From IMG/VR virus record IMGVR_UViG_3300028388_002189, positions 1-64,000 of that record: DNA of 64,000 nucleotides, one strand, 5' to 3'. The DNA is from a virus. The position numbers and the translations under genes were made by a program. Below the pieces are notes generated by a model. It was not told the origin of the DNA, searched no databases, and saw only the letters and a program-made list of their open reading frames with translations. This document shows positions 35,354 through 46,119 of the stretch, piece by piece (the first letter of the stretch is position 1; each line of letters starts with the position of its first letter).

Positions 35354-36691
35354 TTAGTTGATCTTTGCGTAAACAATATCAAGAACGTCTGTGTTGTCTA
35401 GCGCGTAAGCAGAAGCACCATTCCAGTAGAGATCGTCACCCGCAGTAATATCAGCGATAGCGCGAGCGGTAACACCTGCGTCATTAGTGAAGTAGCAATC
35501 CTTAGTTTTAACTCCGTCACCAAGTTCTGCACCAATACCATTAACAAAGATACGAACTGCGCCGTCAGCCGCAGGAGTATGAGTAATGTTAATAGTAGTG
35601 TCGGTGTCGTCAGCAGAAACAGCACCGGGAGTCTGTCCAAGGTCATCGCTAGTCATAACAGGAGCAGCTAGACCCGCAGCACCCTTGATCGCGATTGAAC
35701 CTTCAGCATTAAGACTAACTTTAAGTCCGCTTTCGTCACTTGAGAGTGAAGAGTCTGCTTTCTTAACTTGTAACTCGTCACTGCTGATCTCAACACCACC
35801 TGTCGAAACGACTGCGACGTTTAGGGCACCAGCTGCTGAAGAAAGACCATTACCCGCGAGAGCGCTTGAGAAGTCTACAACAGACTCACGCTTAGTGCCA
35901 CCGTCAGCGTCGATGAAGACTAGTTCGTCAGCCGCAACAGCGATGGTGCCATCATCAAGTTCAGACGCTTGGATCTTAAGACCAGAACCGCTAACTGCTA
36001 GACCCGAGTTCAAGTCGAGTGCGACAGAAAGTTCGTTAGCATCTTTTGATAGACCGTCGCCTGCTGTAATCTGACCTGCGCCCGAGAACTGAGTGAAGGT
36101 AAGTGCAGTGGTGTCGAGAGTGATGGTCTCATTAGTGGTGAGGACAAAGCCTTGGTCACCATTAGAAGTACCTTCCTCGATGAAGCAAAATGCACCCGAA
36201 GAAATATCAGCGTCTGAGTTAAAGTCGTCTGCGCGTGTGAGTTCATATGCGCTAGTACCGTCTACACCTACTTGAGTAACAGTATAGATACCATTCTCAG
36301 AAGCATCATTAGCAATGCCTTGGTCTTTAACAAGAACACGATCACCGCTTGATAGTGCAACGCCATCAATAGAGATTGCGCCGTTAGCAGTCGCGGTCAA
36401 AACACCGTTAGAATAGGTAACACCTAGTTCTGAAGTGGTTGCTGCGCGTACACTCTCTTTGATGTCGAGCGCCTGTTTTACACTGTCAACGTAACCCTTG
36501 TTAGCTGCGTGACTTGCCTGTGTAGGCGTAGCGACAGAAACAGTACTACTAGACAGATCAAAGTCAGTAGTGAGATCGAGTTTACTTGAAGGGATAGAAC
36601 CTGCAAGTTTTGCTGCCTCGATGGTCGCGTCAGCGATTTTAGCATTGACGATCGTACCGTCAGCAAGTTGTTTTCCTTTAATAAAAGCCAT
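35354..36691 (-). CDS. Virion fibre/decoration protein
   Basis: AANKGYVD, LDIKESVRAATT, DRVLVKDQ..ENGIY, FTQFSGAGQITAGDGL; highly expressed codon style. Confidence 0.8.
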   Translation of the reverse strand: MAFIKGKQLADGTIVNAKIADATIEAAKLAGSIPSSKLDLTTDFDLSSSTVSVATPTQASHAANKGYVDSVKQALDIKESVRAATTSELGVTYSNGVLTATANGAISIDGVALSSGDRVLVKDQGIANDASENGIYTVTQVGVDGTSAYELTRADDFNSDADISSGAFCFIEEGTSNGDQGFVLTTNETITLDTTALTFTQFSGAGQITAGDGLSKDANELSVALDLNSGLAVSGSGLKIQASELDDGTIAVAADELVFIDADGGTKRESVVDFSSALAGNGLSSAAGALNVAVVSTGGVEISSDELQVKKADSSLSSDESGLKVSLNAEGSIAIKGAAGLAAPVMTSDDLGQTPGAVSADDTDTTINITHTPAADGAVRIFVNGIGAELGDGVKTKDCYFTNDAGVTARAIADITAGDDLYWNGASAYALDNTDVLDIVYAKIN

Positions 36692-36733
36692 TTTAGACTC
36701 CTTTATAGTTCAACGTTAAGTAAAAAAGTTTTG

Positions 36734-39580
36734 TTAATAAGTAAAGTCGGTGACCAAGTGCCAAGATCTGTTATCTAAGGCGACAAAAGTATAACGCTTA
36801 TACTTAGTTAATGTGTAGGTAGCGGGACCATCTATGCGTGCGCCTTGAAGTCCGTACACCCGTACACCCGTAGGAATAGACAATTGACTATTATTTTGCC
36901 CACCACTTAGTATAAAACTAAATACAAATCTATAGCTGTAGTAATCTGGATTTAGTAAATCATTATGCTCCGATTGAGTGGGCAATGTAACAGATACCCC
37001 ACTAGGAACATTATACAAAAGAAAAGTTGTATTTTGACCGTTCCAAATACTTGCAGTCAAAGCACCAGAAATTGGAGTGAAAGGAGAAGCGCCTCCTCCA
37101 CCTGCTTGGTCTACCCAACTTAAAGCGCCACTACCATCAGTCTTGAGGACTTGGTCGGGAGCGCCTGCATCATCTGGCAAAGTAAGTGTATAGTTTGCTT
37201 CAGCATCATGAGCAGGACCTTGAATAGTTACGCCATGACTGTTTTGCTCACAGTTAAGTTTAATAGCACCGCTAGTAGTAGTGCCCTTTACAGTTAGTAA
37301 GTTGTCCTCTTGTAAGTTTATGCTAGATTCGGAAACAATCCATTCGTTGTTCCCGATATATGTAAACTTATATAGTACGTTATTATGCACTCTATATCTA
37401 AGACTTACTACTTCATAGTAAGAAGAGTTTGTAGTGACAAACTCAGAGCCATTTGGAAAGATGAATTTGCTATTAGGTAAAGCAAAAATTGCTTTATAAG
37501 TAAAAGATGCACTATAGACTGAAATAAAGTTATAGGAGTCACCAACTACAAGATCATTTGTATTGTCGGGTAAATATATTCTTGGCAGATAATTGCCGTC
37601 CAAGATAAATAGAGAGTCTTTATTTGCTAACCAGTCAGCATATTGAAGATAGTTAACTGCGCTATCAGAAAGAGCATTCCTAATAATCTTGGGGAAAGAA
37701 GACCAAGAAGTACCATCATAGAAAAGTCTATCTTCAGTGCTAGGGTTAGCAGCATCTACATCTGATAAGTCACCTAATGCTATATTAGCGGCTGTAGAAC
37801 TAACAGGCTCTGGTCTCCAATAACCGCCATCAGAATCTTCATAAGTAAGAACATATCCATCGGTGAGAGTAGCACTGGTTGCATATAGGTCTACATCTGA
37901 AAGAGAAGTTAGATTCATGCTTACAGTACCATTAATACTAGAACCATCACTTAGCTGAGTCGCGACTGTATTGTTACTAATGGCTAGAGTAGTAACTGAA
38001 GCGCCTGCTGCACCTGCGGGACCTTGCGCACCATCTGCACCATTGATACCGTTAGCACCCGCCTCACCTTGAATACCTTGCGGACCTTGTGGTCCAACCT
38101 CGCCCTGTAGTCCTTGTGGACCTTGTGGTCCTTGTTCGCCTTGGAGACCTTGTGGTCCTTGTGGTCCAACCTCGCCCTGTGGACCTTGTGGACCAACCGC
38201 ACCGTCAGCACCCGCAGGACCTTGGGGACCTTGTATTGATCCACCACTAACAAAGCTAGTACCGTCATGAATGTGTAAACTGTCATCTGCTTGTACTAAA
38301 TAAGCGTCCCCTTGTGACGCTTGTGCAGGTAAGTCATTTACGGTTGCAACGCTACCTTGGAAAGTTACACCACTTCCCGCAACACCTTGGATACCCTGTG
38401 GACCGACTTCGCCCTGTGGACCTTGTGGACCAACCGCACCCTGTGGTCCTGCTTCGCCTTGTGGTCCTTGTGGACCTGCGGAACCTTGAAGACCTTGAAT
38501 CCCCTGCTCACCTTGTGGACCTGCTTCGCCTTGTGGTCCTTGTGGACCTGCGGGACCTACTTCACCTTGTGGACCTTGTGGACCAACCGCGCCATCAGCG
38601 CCATCAGCACCAGAAAGACCCTGTGGTCCTTGAATACCTTGGATACCTTGTAGACCTTGCTCACCTTGTGGTCCTTGTTCACCCTGTGGACCTTGTGGTC
38701 CTTGTGGACCTTGTGGTCCTTGTGGACCTTGCTCACCTTGTGGTCCTTGTGGTCCTGCCACAGCATTGGTAAAGGTCGCGGATGCAATCAAAACTTCTGG
38801 AGCTACGTCCTCTTTGGTTGCAATCGTCTTAGTCTCTAAGTCTTTTACAAACTGTAGGGAATCGCCGTTTACAGAGAGCGCAGCATCGCCAATGTAAAGA
38901 GTGTTTCCGCTCATATATAAGTCACGGATCTTATTAGCAGGTGAACCGATGTCATACTGACTGTCTAGGGTAGGCACTAGGTGGTTGTTAGCCACACTCC
39001 AGTTAGTAGCGTTAAACCCTCCTACTCCATCAGCAACTTGAACGGTACCTTGAGCTCCATTACTGTCACTTCCGCCTCCACCTGTAGAAGCAATCGTTAC
39101 GCCGTTAGCATTAGAGGTAATGGTGACATTATCTCCCGCATTAAGGAACTTGTTAACAAAGTCGCCGTTGCCATCTCGGACTAGAACTTGCCCCGCTTGT
39201 GGACCTGCTAGAGACACGTCATTAAGGTCGTTTAGGTTAGCAACTTCTCCGCTACCAGGTACACTTCCGTAAATGGTTTTAGGAGAGTACCAAACGATCA
39301 GTTCTTCGCCTGCCTCAAGAGGGATAGCACTAATCCAAGTGATCACACTTCCATCAAGAGTAAAGTCTTCGCCGTATACAGAAGCGGTACTGTTAAAGGT
39401 GACTTGAAGCACGAAGTCGCCATCTCGATCTACGGCAACCTCTTGACCAATGTCAAAAGTATTAACCACAGGATCGGGTACTGTAAAAGTAACCTTCTCC
39501 CAAGTCGCCTCTACAGGTACTGAGATCGGGTTCTCATAGACTTCAACATTTGTAATATTTGGGTATACGTCAACTTTCAT
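36734..39580 (-). CDS. Collagen-like tail fibre
   Basis: Long GPQGPQ/GEQ triplet tracts; L.DL.DV repeats. Confidence 0.88.
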   Translation of the reverse strand: MKVDVYPNITNVEVYENPISVPVEATWEKVTFTVPDPVVNTFDIGQEVAVDRDGDFVLQVTFNSTASVYGEDFTLDGSVITWISAIPLEAGEELIVWYSPKTIYGSVPGSGEVANLNDLNDVSLAGPQAGQVLVRDGNGDFVNKFLNAGDNVTITSNANGVTIASTGGGGSDSNGAQGTVQVADGVGGFNATNWSVANNHLVPTLDSQYDIGSPANKIRDLYMSGNTLYIGDAALSVNGDSLQFVKDLETKTIATKEDVAPEVLIASATFTNAVAGPQGPQGEQGPQGPQGPQGPQGPQGEQGPQGEQGLQGIQGIQGPQGLSGADGADGAVGPQGPQGEVGPAGPQGPQGEAGPQGEQGIQGLQGSAGPQGPQGEAGPQGAVGPQGPQGEVGPQGIQGVAGSGVTFQGSVATVNDLPAQASQGDAYLVQADDSLHIHDGTSFVSGGSIQGPQGPAGADGAVGPQGPQGEVGPQGPQGLQGEQGPQGPQGLQGEVGPQGPQGIQGEAGANGINGADGAQGPAGAAGASVTTLAISNNTVATQLSDGSSINGTVSMNLTSLSDVDLYATSATLTDGYVLTYEDSDGGYWRPEPVSSTAANIALGDLSDVDAANPSTEDRLFYDGTSWSSFPKIIRNALSDSAVNYLQYADWLANKDSLFILDGNYLPRIYLPDNTNDLVVGDSYNFISVYSASFTYKAIFALPNSKFIFPNGSEFVTTNSSYYEVVSLRYRVHNNVLYKFTYIGNNEWIVSESSINLQEDNLLTVKGTTTSGAIKLNCEQNSHGVTIQGPAHDAEANYTLTLPDDAGAPDQVLKTDGSGALSWVDQAGGGGASPFTPISGALTASIWNGQNTTFLLYNVPSGVSVTLPTQSEHNDLLNPDYYSYRFVFSFILSGGQNNSQLSIPTGVRVYGLQGARIDGPATYTLTKYKRYTFVALDNRSWHLVTDFTY
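38005..38757 (-). repeat. Collagen Gly-X-Y coding tandem repeats (two blocks)
   Basis: 9-bp units GGACCACAA/GGTCCACAA. Confidence 0.92.
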
Positions 39581-39930
39581 CGTGTCACTTCTCCTTCGAT
39601 CCTACAGCGTCCCTTTAGTAACTTAGTTCTTACACCTTCGGGTGAGGTGACCTCTAAGTCATAAACCGCAACAGATGGCGGCAAGTTTTCTGTTTGTTCA
39701 TAACCAATCGTTAAGTTGATTGCGCCTTGGTTCTCGTAGATCTGGATCTGATCTGAATCTTCACTAGATAGTTCTAGTAAGACTACACTTGCGCCCGTCG
39801 ATGCCCTAATCTGCATTTTAGCAGAATAGTTCACCAACGGTATAGGTCTGTTTGCGCTATTCTTCCAATAGAGAGCTAACTTATAGGTAGAACCTTGCTC
39901 AATCGTAATATTATAAATGCCAGAGATCAT
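39577..39930 (-). CDS. Fibre-associated adaptor (Ig-like)
   Basis: [24 protein letters not shown] pattern, upstream of the fibre gene. Confidence 0.7.
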   Translation of the reverse strand: MISGIYNITIEQGSTYKLALYWKNSANRPIPLVNYSAKMQIRASTGASVVLLELSSEDSDQIQIYENQGAINLTIGYEQTENLPPSVAVYDLEVTSPEGVRTKLLKGRCRIEGEVTR

Positions 39931-40190
39931 TATTCACCCTCCAAACACATATTAAGAGCACTACCGAGTCTACGCTCCATGTCCATCCGTTCTACCATCC
40001 AACCCTTAGACACAGTGAAAGTCCCATCGGGGTTCTCCACTATGTCTGAGTTTTCAACAACTATTACAGGGTCACTTTCTAGATCGGGTCTTGGCTTTAA
40101 GCAGCAAGCGCTCAAGAGAAGCGTCATGGCGCTTCCAAGAAGCGTCAACTTGAACAGTGCTTTTAGCCCTATACAGTTTCTTAACTTCAT
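39930..40190 (-). CDS. Lipoprotein, o-spanin (Rz1-like) candidate
   Basis: Signal peptide with lipobox LLLSAC; overlaps the upstream TM gene; next to the holin. Confidence 0.6.
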   Translation of the reverse strand: MKLRNCIGLKALFKLTLLGSAMTLLLSACCLKPRPDLESDPVIVVENSDIVENPDGTFTVSKGWMVERMDMERRLGSALNMCLEGE

Positions 40191-40290
40191 TCGTGTCTCT
40201 CCTCGGCATAGTTGGCTTCATTCTATCAGATAAAGCCTCCATTATAATAGGGATTATTGCCGAGAGGAGTGCAGTAAATACAGTGATCAA
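40072..40290 (-). CDS. i-spanin (Rz-like) candidate
   Basis: N-terminal TM; overlaps the holin stop; overlaps the lipoprotein gene in another frame. Confidence 0.45.
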   Translation of the reverse strand: MITVFTALLSAIIPIIMEALSDRMKPTMPRRDTNEVKKLYRAKSTVQVDASWKRHDASLERLLLKAKTRSRK

Positions 40291-40655
40291 ACGTCTAAAC
40301 CCTTGTCGCCGCTAGAACCGACACCCTTAATAGATCCTAGTTCTTCGTCGATAAGATTATCGAGTTCGTCTGAAGTAAGGTCGGGGAACATTGCCTTAAT
40401 ACGACCATGTACCCAAAGCGCCTTCTCTGCTCCTTCAACTGAACGCTCTTCGATCTTTGCTTTACGGTGCGCCCACTCTTCAGCGCCAGAGATCGCTTTA
40501 CGGATCGCGAGACGCATGAGAATTTGGTGCTCCTCGTTAAGCTGAATCTTGTAACGCTTAGTAAGCAAAGATACGCCGTAAGTAGCAAGCGCGGTTAATA
40601 GAGCTCCCAAGACAGGAAGTACTTCTTTAATAATGTGCTGTGCGATCTCTTCCAT
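40287..40655 (-). CDS. Holin (LL-H-like)
   Basis: Single TM, then AISGAEE...GAEK...LIDE pattern. Confidence 0.7.
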   Translation of the reverse strand: MEEIAQHIIKEVLPVLGALLTALATYGVSLLTKRYKIQLNEEHQILMRLAIRKAISGAEEWAHRKAKIEERSVEGAEKALWVHGRIKAMFPDLTSDELDNLIDEELGSIKGVGSSGDKGLDV

Positions 40656-40666
40656 CGTCAGCCTCC

Positions 40667-43600
40667 TTATTTAGTGCTAGGAATAGAGTAAGTGTTGATA
40701 GGATCATCATCACTGTTCATCGTGACGCCATAGTGAACGTTGCTTTGAGCAGTTGAGTTTGTTCGCTCTGAAGGTCGGTTGATCTCCAAAGTCGCTGTTA
40801 AGTGACAACCCGCAACAGGTGGAATATTCTCAATGGAAACTTCGTCGTTCGTATCGAACATCTTAGCTCCATAGTGACCTGTATATAAAACGAATACTAA
40901 CTCATGATCGCCTGGTAGAGTTAGTTCATTAGCTGTAGGCATCATAGATTGGAAAGATAACCCTGTAACAGAGTCTACTTCATCTAAGTTGTGTACGTCT
41001 GGAGAACTATGAATCGCTTGCAGTTCACTTAAGATATCTACCTCGATACCAGAGTTCTTTTCTAAGAGATCATGCTCACGAAGTGGATTGTCTGCCCCTA
41101 ATACAAATTCATTTAGCGCATAATCAAATGGGTCAGCAGCATATGTGTCACCCATTGAAGCGGTCTTTACAATCGCATTAGAATAATCAAGAGAAGTCGT
41201 CTCTGAGTTTGGATAGTAAGTAAAGCCTTCACTTGTCGGTCCACCCGTAGAATCACTCACCATTGGGTATAAGTGGTCTATCTGATTCTTGTTTGGGAAG
41301 TTTGCTTGAGTAGCAGGATGCGTAGACATTAAGTGAATAAATGGCTTCTTTGTTGGACCACTTGGTGTAAAGTTTAACTGCTTGTTACCATTACTAATAC
41401 GGTCTTTGACAAGGAACATCTCTGTTAAACTCTTAGGCGCAGTAGATGCCCCTTGGTTTACAGAACCCGATGGTCTTGCATGAAGAACTCGGAAAGAACA
41501 GTTCCACATTAACTTCTGCTGTAGTCCCATATTCGCAATAGAACTGAAACTGACAAATAGACCCGTCGAAGGAGGGTTAGCCACTGCGATTTCAAAGTAA
41601 TCTCGCGCACAAACACCTCCGTTGGGAACAAGACCGCTGTTGTCCACAGGTACACCAAAAGCCAAAGGACTAATAAACCCTTTTCGATTACTAAACCCGC
41701 CTAGCGCTGTCCCCGTATCACCCACAAATAAGGTGTCTAATGGGTTATCGGGACCAACACCTGGCACTTGGTTACTAGGAGCAGCGCTAATAGGCATTGT
41801 GAATGAATAGTCGCTGCTGAGAGTGACCGTCTCTAAACCTGTTTCAAAAGAGGTTCTAACAAGATCAACAATCCCCGAAACAGTGTTTGTAGAGATAGAA
41901 GCTCTCAAAACGGGGGTAGACCAAGAAGAATATTCTCTTTGGAAAGCAAATGGCAACTCCGCCGCGCCCCCAGCTTCCAACTCATAGTATGTTGACTTTT
42001 CATCGTATGGGAAGTTGTCCTCTTCTAACGAAGAAACGTCATTCCATTGTGAAAATAATGAGTCCGTCATCAAAGGATTAAATCCGACATCTAACTCGGT
42101 AGCAGAACCTGTCTGTTGTGCATAAACTCTACCCGCAGGTATGAAAACAGGCGTAGGGGTCAAAGGATCGCTATGAGTGCCAATTGCTGGGAATGTTATT
42201 TGGTTATTCCTAACAGTAATAGAACCCGTATCTGCACTATAACTTGTCGTACCTGTATCGCTAGAAGGATTAGTACCATGATAAGGGTAAGGGATTATGG
42301 GAGAACCGTCTACCAAACCTGTTGCGTCGGTCTCGTTGCTAATATCTACGGTAAAGCCTTGTTTTACATCAGACTCTGAAGAGTCTCCAATCCTAGTCGG
42401 GAAAGTTTCATAATTGTTTTCCCTAGTTATAGGGAAAACGTGTGACTGGACGCTGTCATCATATAATCTTTTTTCAAAGATAGAGGGAACAAGTGCAGGA
42501 ACAATCAAGGACCTTCGACCAAACTTAGGATATACCGTTATGTCGTAGTCTAAATTGTCGCTGTTGGTATATTTTGTATTAGTCCCATCGGGATGTGGCG
42601 CTTTGATCTTGTGCATCATTGGGTGGTACCAATGAACAAAAGGCTGCTTATAGTGCTCAAAAGGTAAGTTAAGTGGGTCTACATCGCCCACTGATCTTGA
42701 TTGGTAGTCTCCGCCTTCTGATAAAGAAGGAGAACTATCTTGAATCAAAGGCTGGTTAGAACCATTTACCAACTTCTGCGTATCACCAAGTCCGTGAGAT
42801 ACTTTTAGGAGAGCTTCGATACCTTCAGCAAAAGATATCGAGTTCTCAAGGATTGAGTGTTGGTGCTTAGGCATGGTCATCCAGTGCGCAAGACTGAGCG
42901 GCTCTACCTTCATGAACAAGTTCATAGAGTCTACAAGTAGATTCCGAGGTACTCCTCTGCTGTCAAGCTCTCCTGGGTAGAAGTCCCCTACATGATAACG
43001 AAGTCTCATTGCAGTACATCGGTTCTGCCAAAGATCATTAACAACAGTTAGAGGGTCGCCATTAGAGGTGAAGTTAGCGGAGTTAACAATATCAAGCTGA
43101 TTGAACCTATTCCAAGGACCATAGTTTTTGTTAACCGTTCTATCTTGATTAGAAATACCCGTAAATCCTTTAACACCTCCTGTTGGTTGATAGTTACTCA
43201 ATAAAGGTTTTACGGAAAACTCAGTTAAGTTGGTTGGTATAAAGTTAGAAGGCAGATAGTCAGAATCCGACTCATCTGTTCTCCCAACAGCACTATAAGA
43301 GTCTATAAATAGGTTACCACTATAGTCCCTTGTTTGATCGTCGGGGATCATAAGTGCCGAAGTAATTGCATCTTGAGGTCTTACTGCACCAATATCAGAG
43401 TTAATCTGAGCGGGTTGCTCACTAATCGTAAACAAGTCCATGCTCTTATGTGCGGTAGTCTTGATCGCCAATTTACGGAAGTTAATACCTTGTTGGAAGG
43501 CAGTCGCTTGCGCCATACCTTCTTCCCACCCACGAAGAGTCAAGTCACTCTTGTTTGTAACAGGGTCAACAAGTTTACTGTCTTCTTTCTTGTATAGACT

Positions 43601-45553
43601 CCAACCCAAGTCTTCGTCGTAAACGTTTACAGTGTGCGAACTTCTGTTACCTTTGTCTCTTAAAAGGTAAGAAGAAGACCCTGTTAAGAATGATCCTATC
43701 GTACCCGCAGTTACTGTAGCCGCAGAAATAGGACTAAGCATCTTGATCGCGCCTAACCCTGTACCAGACTGCGCAACAGAAGCCGTTGTGTTAGCAAGCG
43801 TAAAGTCAATCGCAGAAGGGATCGCATCGCCAAGACGTGTCTGTCCTTGCGCAGAACCTAAACCTGTGTAGCCAAGTAACATTTGGTCGATCATCGAGAG
43901 ATGCGAGTTAACTGAAGGGAAGACTAAGGGTGTGTTCGTGTTAGTACCGTAGATGATACCGCCACGAAGTCCGTGAAGAGTACGACTCTTCATGTTGTCT
44001 GCGCTCAAGTCTGCTTGAGTATGGAAGACCCTAGAGGGTGCTTTGAATGTTGCAGGAACTGCATTACTGTCAATACCTTCAAATGCACTACCCGTAGATA
44101 ACCAAGCGTGTACAAGAGGCTGAACAGAGGTATCCGTGACTGCGCCAGGAACAAAGTATTCGCTTAGCGACTCTTGATCAGCTTGGTTTGATGTAGACTT
44201 ACTCTCACTGTTAAATACGTTGAGTACTACAAAGTCATTGTAATCAGAGCCACTAATCTTAAGGAATAGCGCCTTTAGGAAAGACCAATACATACGGTCA
44301 ATGGCGTTCTCTTCTGCCCCAAAGAAGTGCATAGGAGTAAGTCCAAGATCCGCATAAGGCGATTCTTGGTCGCTTAAGAAGTTTGAACTTCGGACACCTT
44401 GAGAGTTTGTTTGCGCCCAAAACTGAGATTGCTCATAAGCGTTGTGCTGACTTGCGTTAGCGTCCACCGAATCAAGCAATACTTGGTAATCTACAAACTT
44501 GTTATCTGCAAGCAAAGCAAAGATGTGCTCTTGGCTCAATGCTGAAGTTACACCTTGATAATTAGGGTCATTGTCAATCGATGACCGAACCATAGCGACA
44601 CGCGCACACCACCTAAGTTGAGACCTATGTGTCGTTTCAAAACCAAGAGCGCTTGATTGGATTTCTGTATCCTCGATTGAAGATACGTCTTCTTCAAATA
44701 CTTGGATATAAGTAACAAGTCTTGGTAAACCGCCGATGCCTTCACTTTTACTAGCCGCTTGATCGACGGCACTGTCATAAAGAGATCTGTATTCTTCAAG
44801 AGTGTTTGGTGGAAGGATCACATACTCACTGCCGACTTCAGCAGGTGATGGTAGGTTACACGTTACATTAGTTGCGGACGCACCTAGAATATCGAACTCT
44901 TGCCCTGCAAGATTGCCTGTTAAGAATCTTACTCGACACGCCCCTTCTTGTACTTGAACAACATGGTCATTTGTCGCCCGTGTAAACGAAGGTGTAGTTG
45001 TAGAAGATACGTTAGCGTAACTTGGACTGACAACTTCTACATGACTCATCAGTGTCAAGCGATGCTCTGGAGAAAAGTTCTTTTCACTATCAACGATCTT
45101 ATTAGTAGTCGATTCACTAACAACACCTTTGAAGAGGTAATTCTCATATGGGCGGTCAGAGGTGTCAGTCGCTACATTGTCAACAATCTTACCGTAGTCA
45201 AAGATGATCGAAGGGGATAGATTGTCCGAACTCCTAAACGAAGAAGTATCAATGACACCTTTGCGAGTATCAAGACGACCAAGCGTTAGCGCAAAGTTGT
45301 CTTTGTTACGATCAGATAATGGAGTTACGCCATCAACAGCAGTCATCGCCCACTCGCGATAGTCTAACTGACTAGGACCGTAACCCATCTTCTCAATCAA
45401 CGCTGAAGTAGCTTGCGCTTGGAGCGCTGCACTCATATCGTTGAGGTCTACATCAAGGATAGGCTTACCTTGCTGAAACACTACCTTGTTATACTGCTTT
45501 GTCTTATCGAACTCATGGTTCGGATTACTTAGATTCGGTGATGAAGCCATCAT
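40667..45553 (-). CDS. Large baseplate/fibre protein with DUF6519-like N-terminus
   Basis: FDKTKQYNKVVFQQGKPILDVDLND, EEDVSSIED..ETTHR; 1628 aa. Confidence 0.7.
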   Translation of the reverse strand: MMASSPNLSNPNHEFDKTKQYNKVVFQQGKPILDVDLNDMSAALQAQATSALIEKMGYGPSQLDYREWAMTAVDGVTPLSDRNKDNFALTLGRLDTRKGVIDTSSFRSSDNLSPSIIFDYGKIVDNVATDTSDRPYENYLFKGVVSESTTNKIVDSEKNFSPEHRLTLMSHVEVVSPSYANVSSTTTPSFTRATNDHVVQVQEGACRVRFLTGNLAGQEFDILGASATNVTCNLPSPAEVGSEYVILPPNTLEEYRSLYDSAVDQAASKSEGIGGLPRLVTYIQVFEEDVSSIEDTEIQSSALGFETTHRSQLRWCARVAMVRSSIDNDPNYQGVTSALSQEHIFALLADNKFVDYQVLLDSVDANASQHNAYEQSQFWAQTNSQGVRSSNFLSDQESPYADLGLTPMHFFGAEENAIDRMYWSFLKALFLKISGSDYNDFVVLNVFNSESKSTSNQADQESLSEYFVPGAVTDTSVQPLVHAWLSTGSAFEGIDSNAVPATFKAPSRVFHTQADLSADNMKSRTLHGLRGGIIYGTNTNTPLVFPSVNSHLSMIDQMLLGYTGLGSAQGQTRLGDAIPSAIDFTLANTTASVAQSGTGLGAIKMLSPISAATVTAGTIGSFLTGSSSYLLRDKGNRSSHTVNVYDEDLGWSLYKKEDSKLVDPVTNKSDLTLRGWEEGMAQATAFQQGINFRKLAIKTTAHKSMDLFTISEQPAQINSDIGAVRPQDAITSALMIPDDQTRDYSGNLFIDSYSAVGRTDESDSDYLPSNFIPTNLTEFSVKPLLSNYQPTGGVKGFTGISNQDRTVNKNYGPWNRFNQLDIVNSANFTSNGDPLTVVNDLWQNRCTAMRLRYHVGDFYPGELDSRGVPRNLLVDSMNLFMKVEPLSLAHWMTMPKHQHSILENSISFAEGIEALLKVSHGLGDTQKLVNGSNQPLIQDSSPSLSEGGDYQSRSVGDVDPLNLPFEHYKQPFVHWYHPMMHKIKAPHPDGTNTKYTNSDNLDYDITVYPKFGRRSLIVPALVPSIFEKRLYDDSVQSHVFPITRENNYETFPTRIGDSSESDVKQGFTVDISNETDATGLVDGSPIIPYPYHGTNPSSDTGTTSYSADTGSITVRNNQITFPAIGTHSDPLTPTPVFIPAGRVYAQQTGSATELDVGFNPLMTDSLFSQWNDVSSLEEDNFPYDEKSTYYELEAGGAAELPFAFQREYSSWSTPVLRASISTNTVSGIVDLVRTSFETGLETVTLSSDYSFTMPISAAPSNQVPGVGPDNPLDTLFVGDTGTALGGFSNRKGFISPLAFGVPVDNSGLVPNGGVCARDYFEIAVANPPSTGLFVSFSSIANMGLQQKLMWNCSFRVLHARPSGSVNQGASTAPKSLTEMFLVKDRISNGNKQLNFTPSGPTKKPFIHLMSTHPATQANFPNKNQIDHLYPMVSDSTGGPTSEGFTYYPNSETTSLDYSNAIVKTASMGDTYAADPFDYALNEFVLGADNPLREHDLLEKNSGIEVDILSELQAIHSSPDVHNLDEVDSVTGLSFQSMMPTANELTLPGDHELVFVLYTGHYGAKMFDTNDEVSIENIPPVAGCHLTATLEINRPSERTNSTAQSNVHYGVTMNSDDDPINTYSIPSTK

Positions 45554-46119
45554 TAACTCCTGTTGATTGAGAACTGAATGTCGATCACTCGCTCAATAAC
45601 TAGCGTAGCGTCTTTTTGAATGAGAGGATGTGTAATCCAATTAAACATGATCCCAGAGTCGTCAGCGACGGTAGCGTCCCCTCCAAATAACCCAAACTCC
45701 CTTAAGTCACCATTTGCGTCATTCTCTCCGAGTATACGAATAATCTTGAATCGAGGACTGAGCTCTTGAGGGTCAAGAACAGAACCGCTTTGGTTTAAGA
45801 ACTGAAAGTCGTCTGCGGCAAGGGCAAACCTAGTAAGTTCGTTTGTTAGTGAAGTCTGTGTTACAGGTTTCACCACATTATTGGGATCAGAGTCCCACGA
45901 AGGATTACCTGTGCCAAGCGCGAGGTAACGGATCGGACTAAAGTTGTTGAAAAGTCCCGATGTAGTGTCTTCTACCCCTGCAACAGAACCTGCGATCTGC
46001 AAGAGTGCGGAGTCTTGGATTTGGTTGAAAGACCAACCCCGATCTTCAATACGCTCTGATCCTGTGTGAGACTTCCATCTCAGCCTATCTCTAAACTTAC
46101 CTACCATGTGTAACTGCAT
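45553..46119 (-). CDS. Tail collar/baseplate protein
   Basis: YLALGTG, LTNELTR, ANGDLREFGLFGG. Confidence 0.75.
   Translation of the reverse strand: MQLHMVGKFRDRLRWKSHTGSERIEDRGWSFNQIQDSALLQIAGSVAGVEDTTSGLFNNFSPIRYLALGTGNPSWDSDPNNVVKPVTQTSLTNELTRFALAADDFQFLNQSGSVLDPQELSPRFKIIRILGENDANGDLREFGLFGGDATVADDSGIMFNWITHPLIQKDATLVIERVIDIQFSINRS

Noticed and set aside
37984-38839. Repetitive alternative-frame ORFs ([18 protein letters not shown]) and CRISPR-like periodicity
   Set aside because: Shadows of the collagen GPQ repeat; there are no unique spacers.
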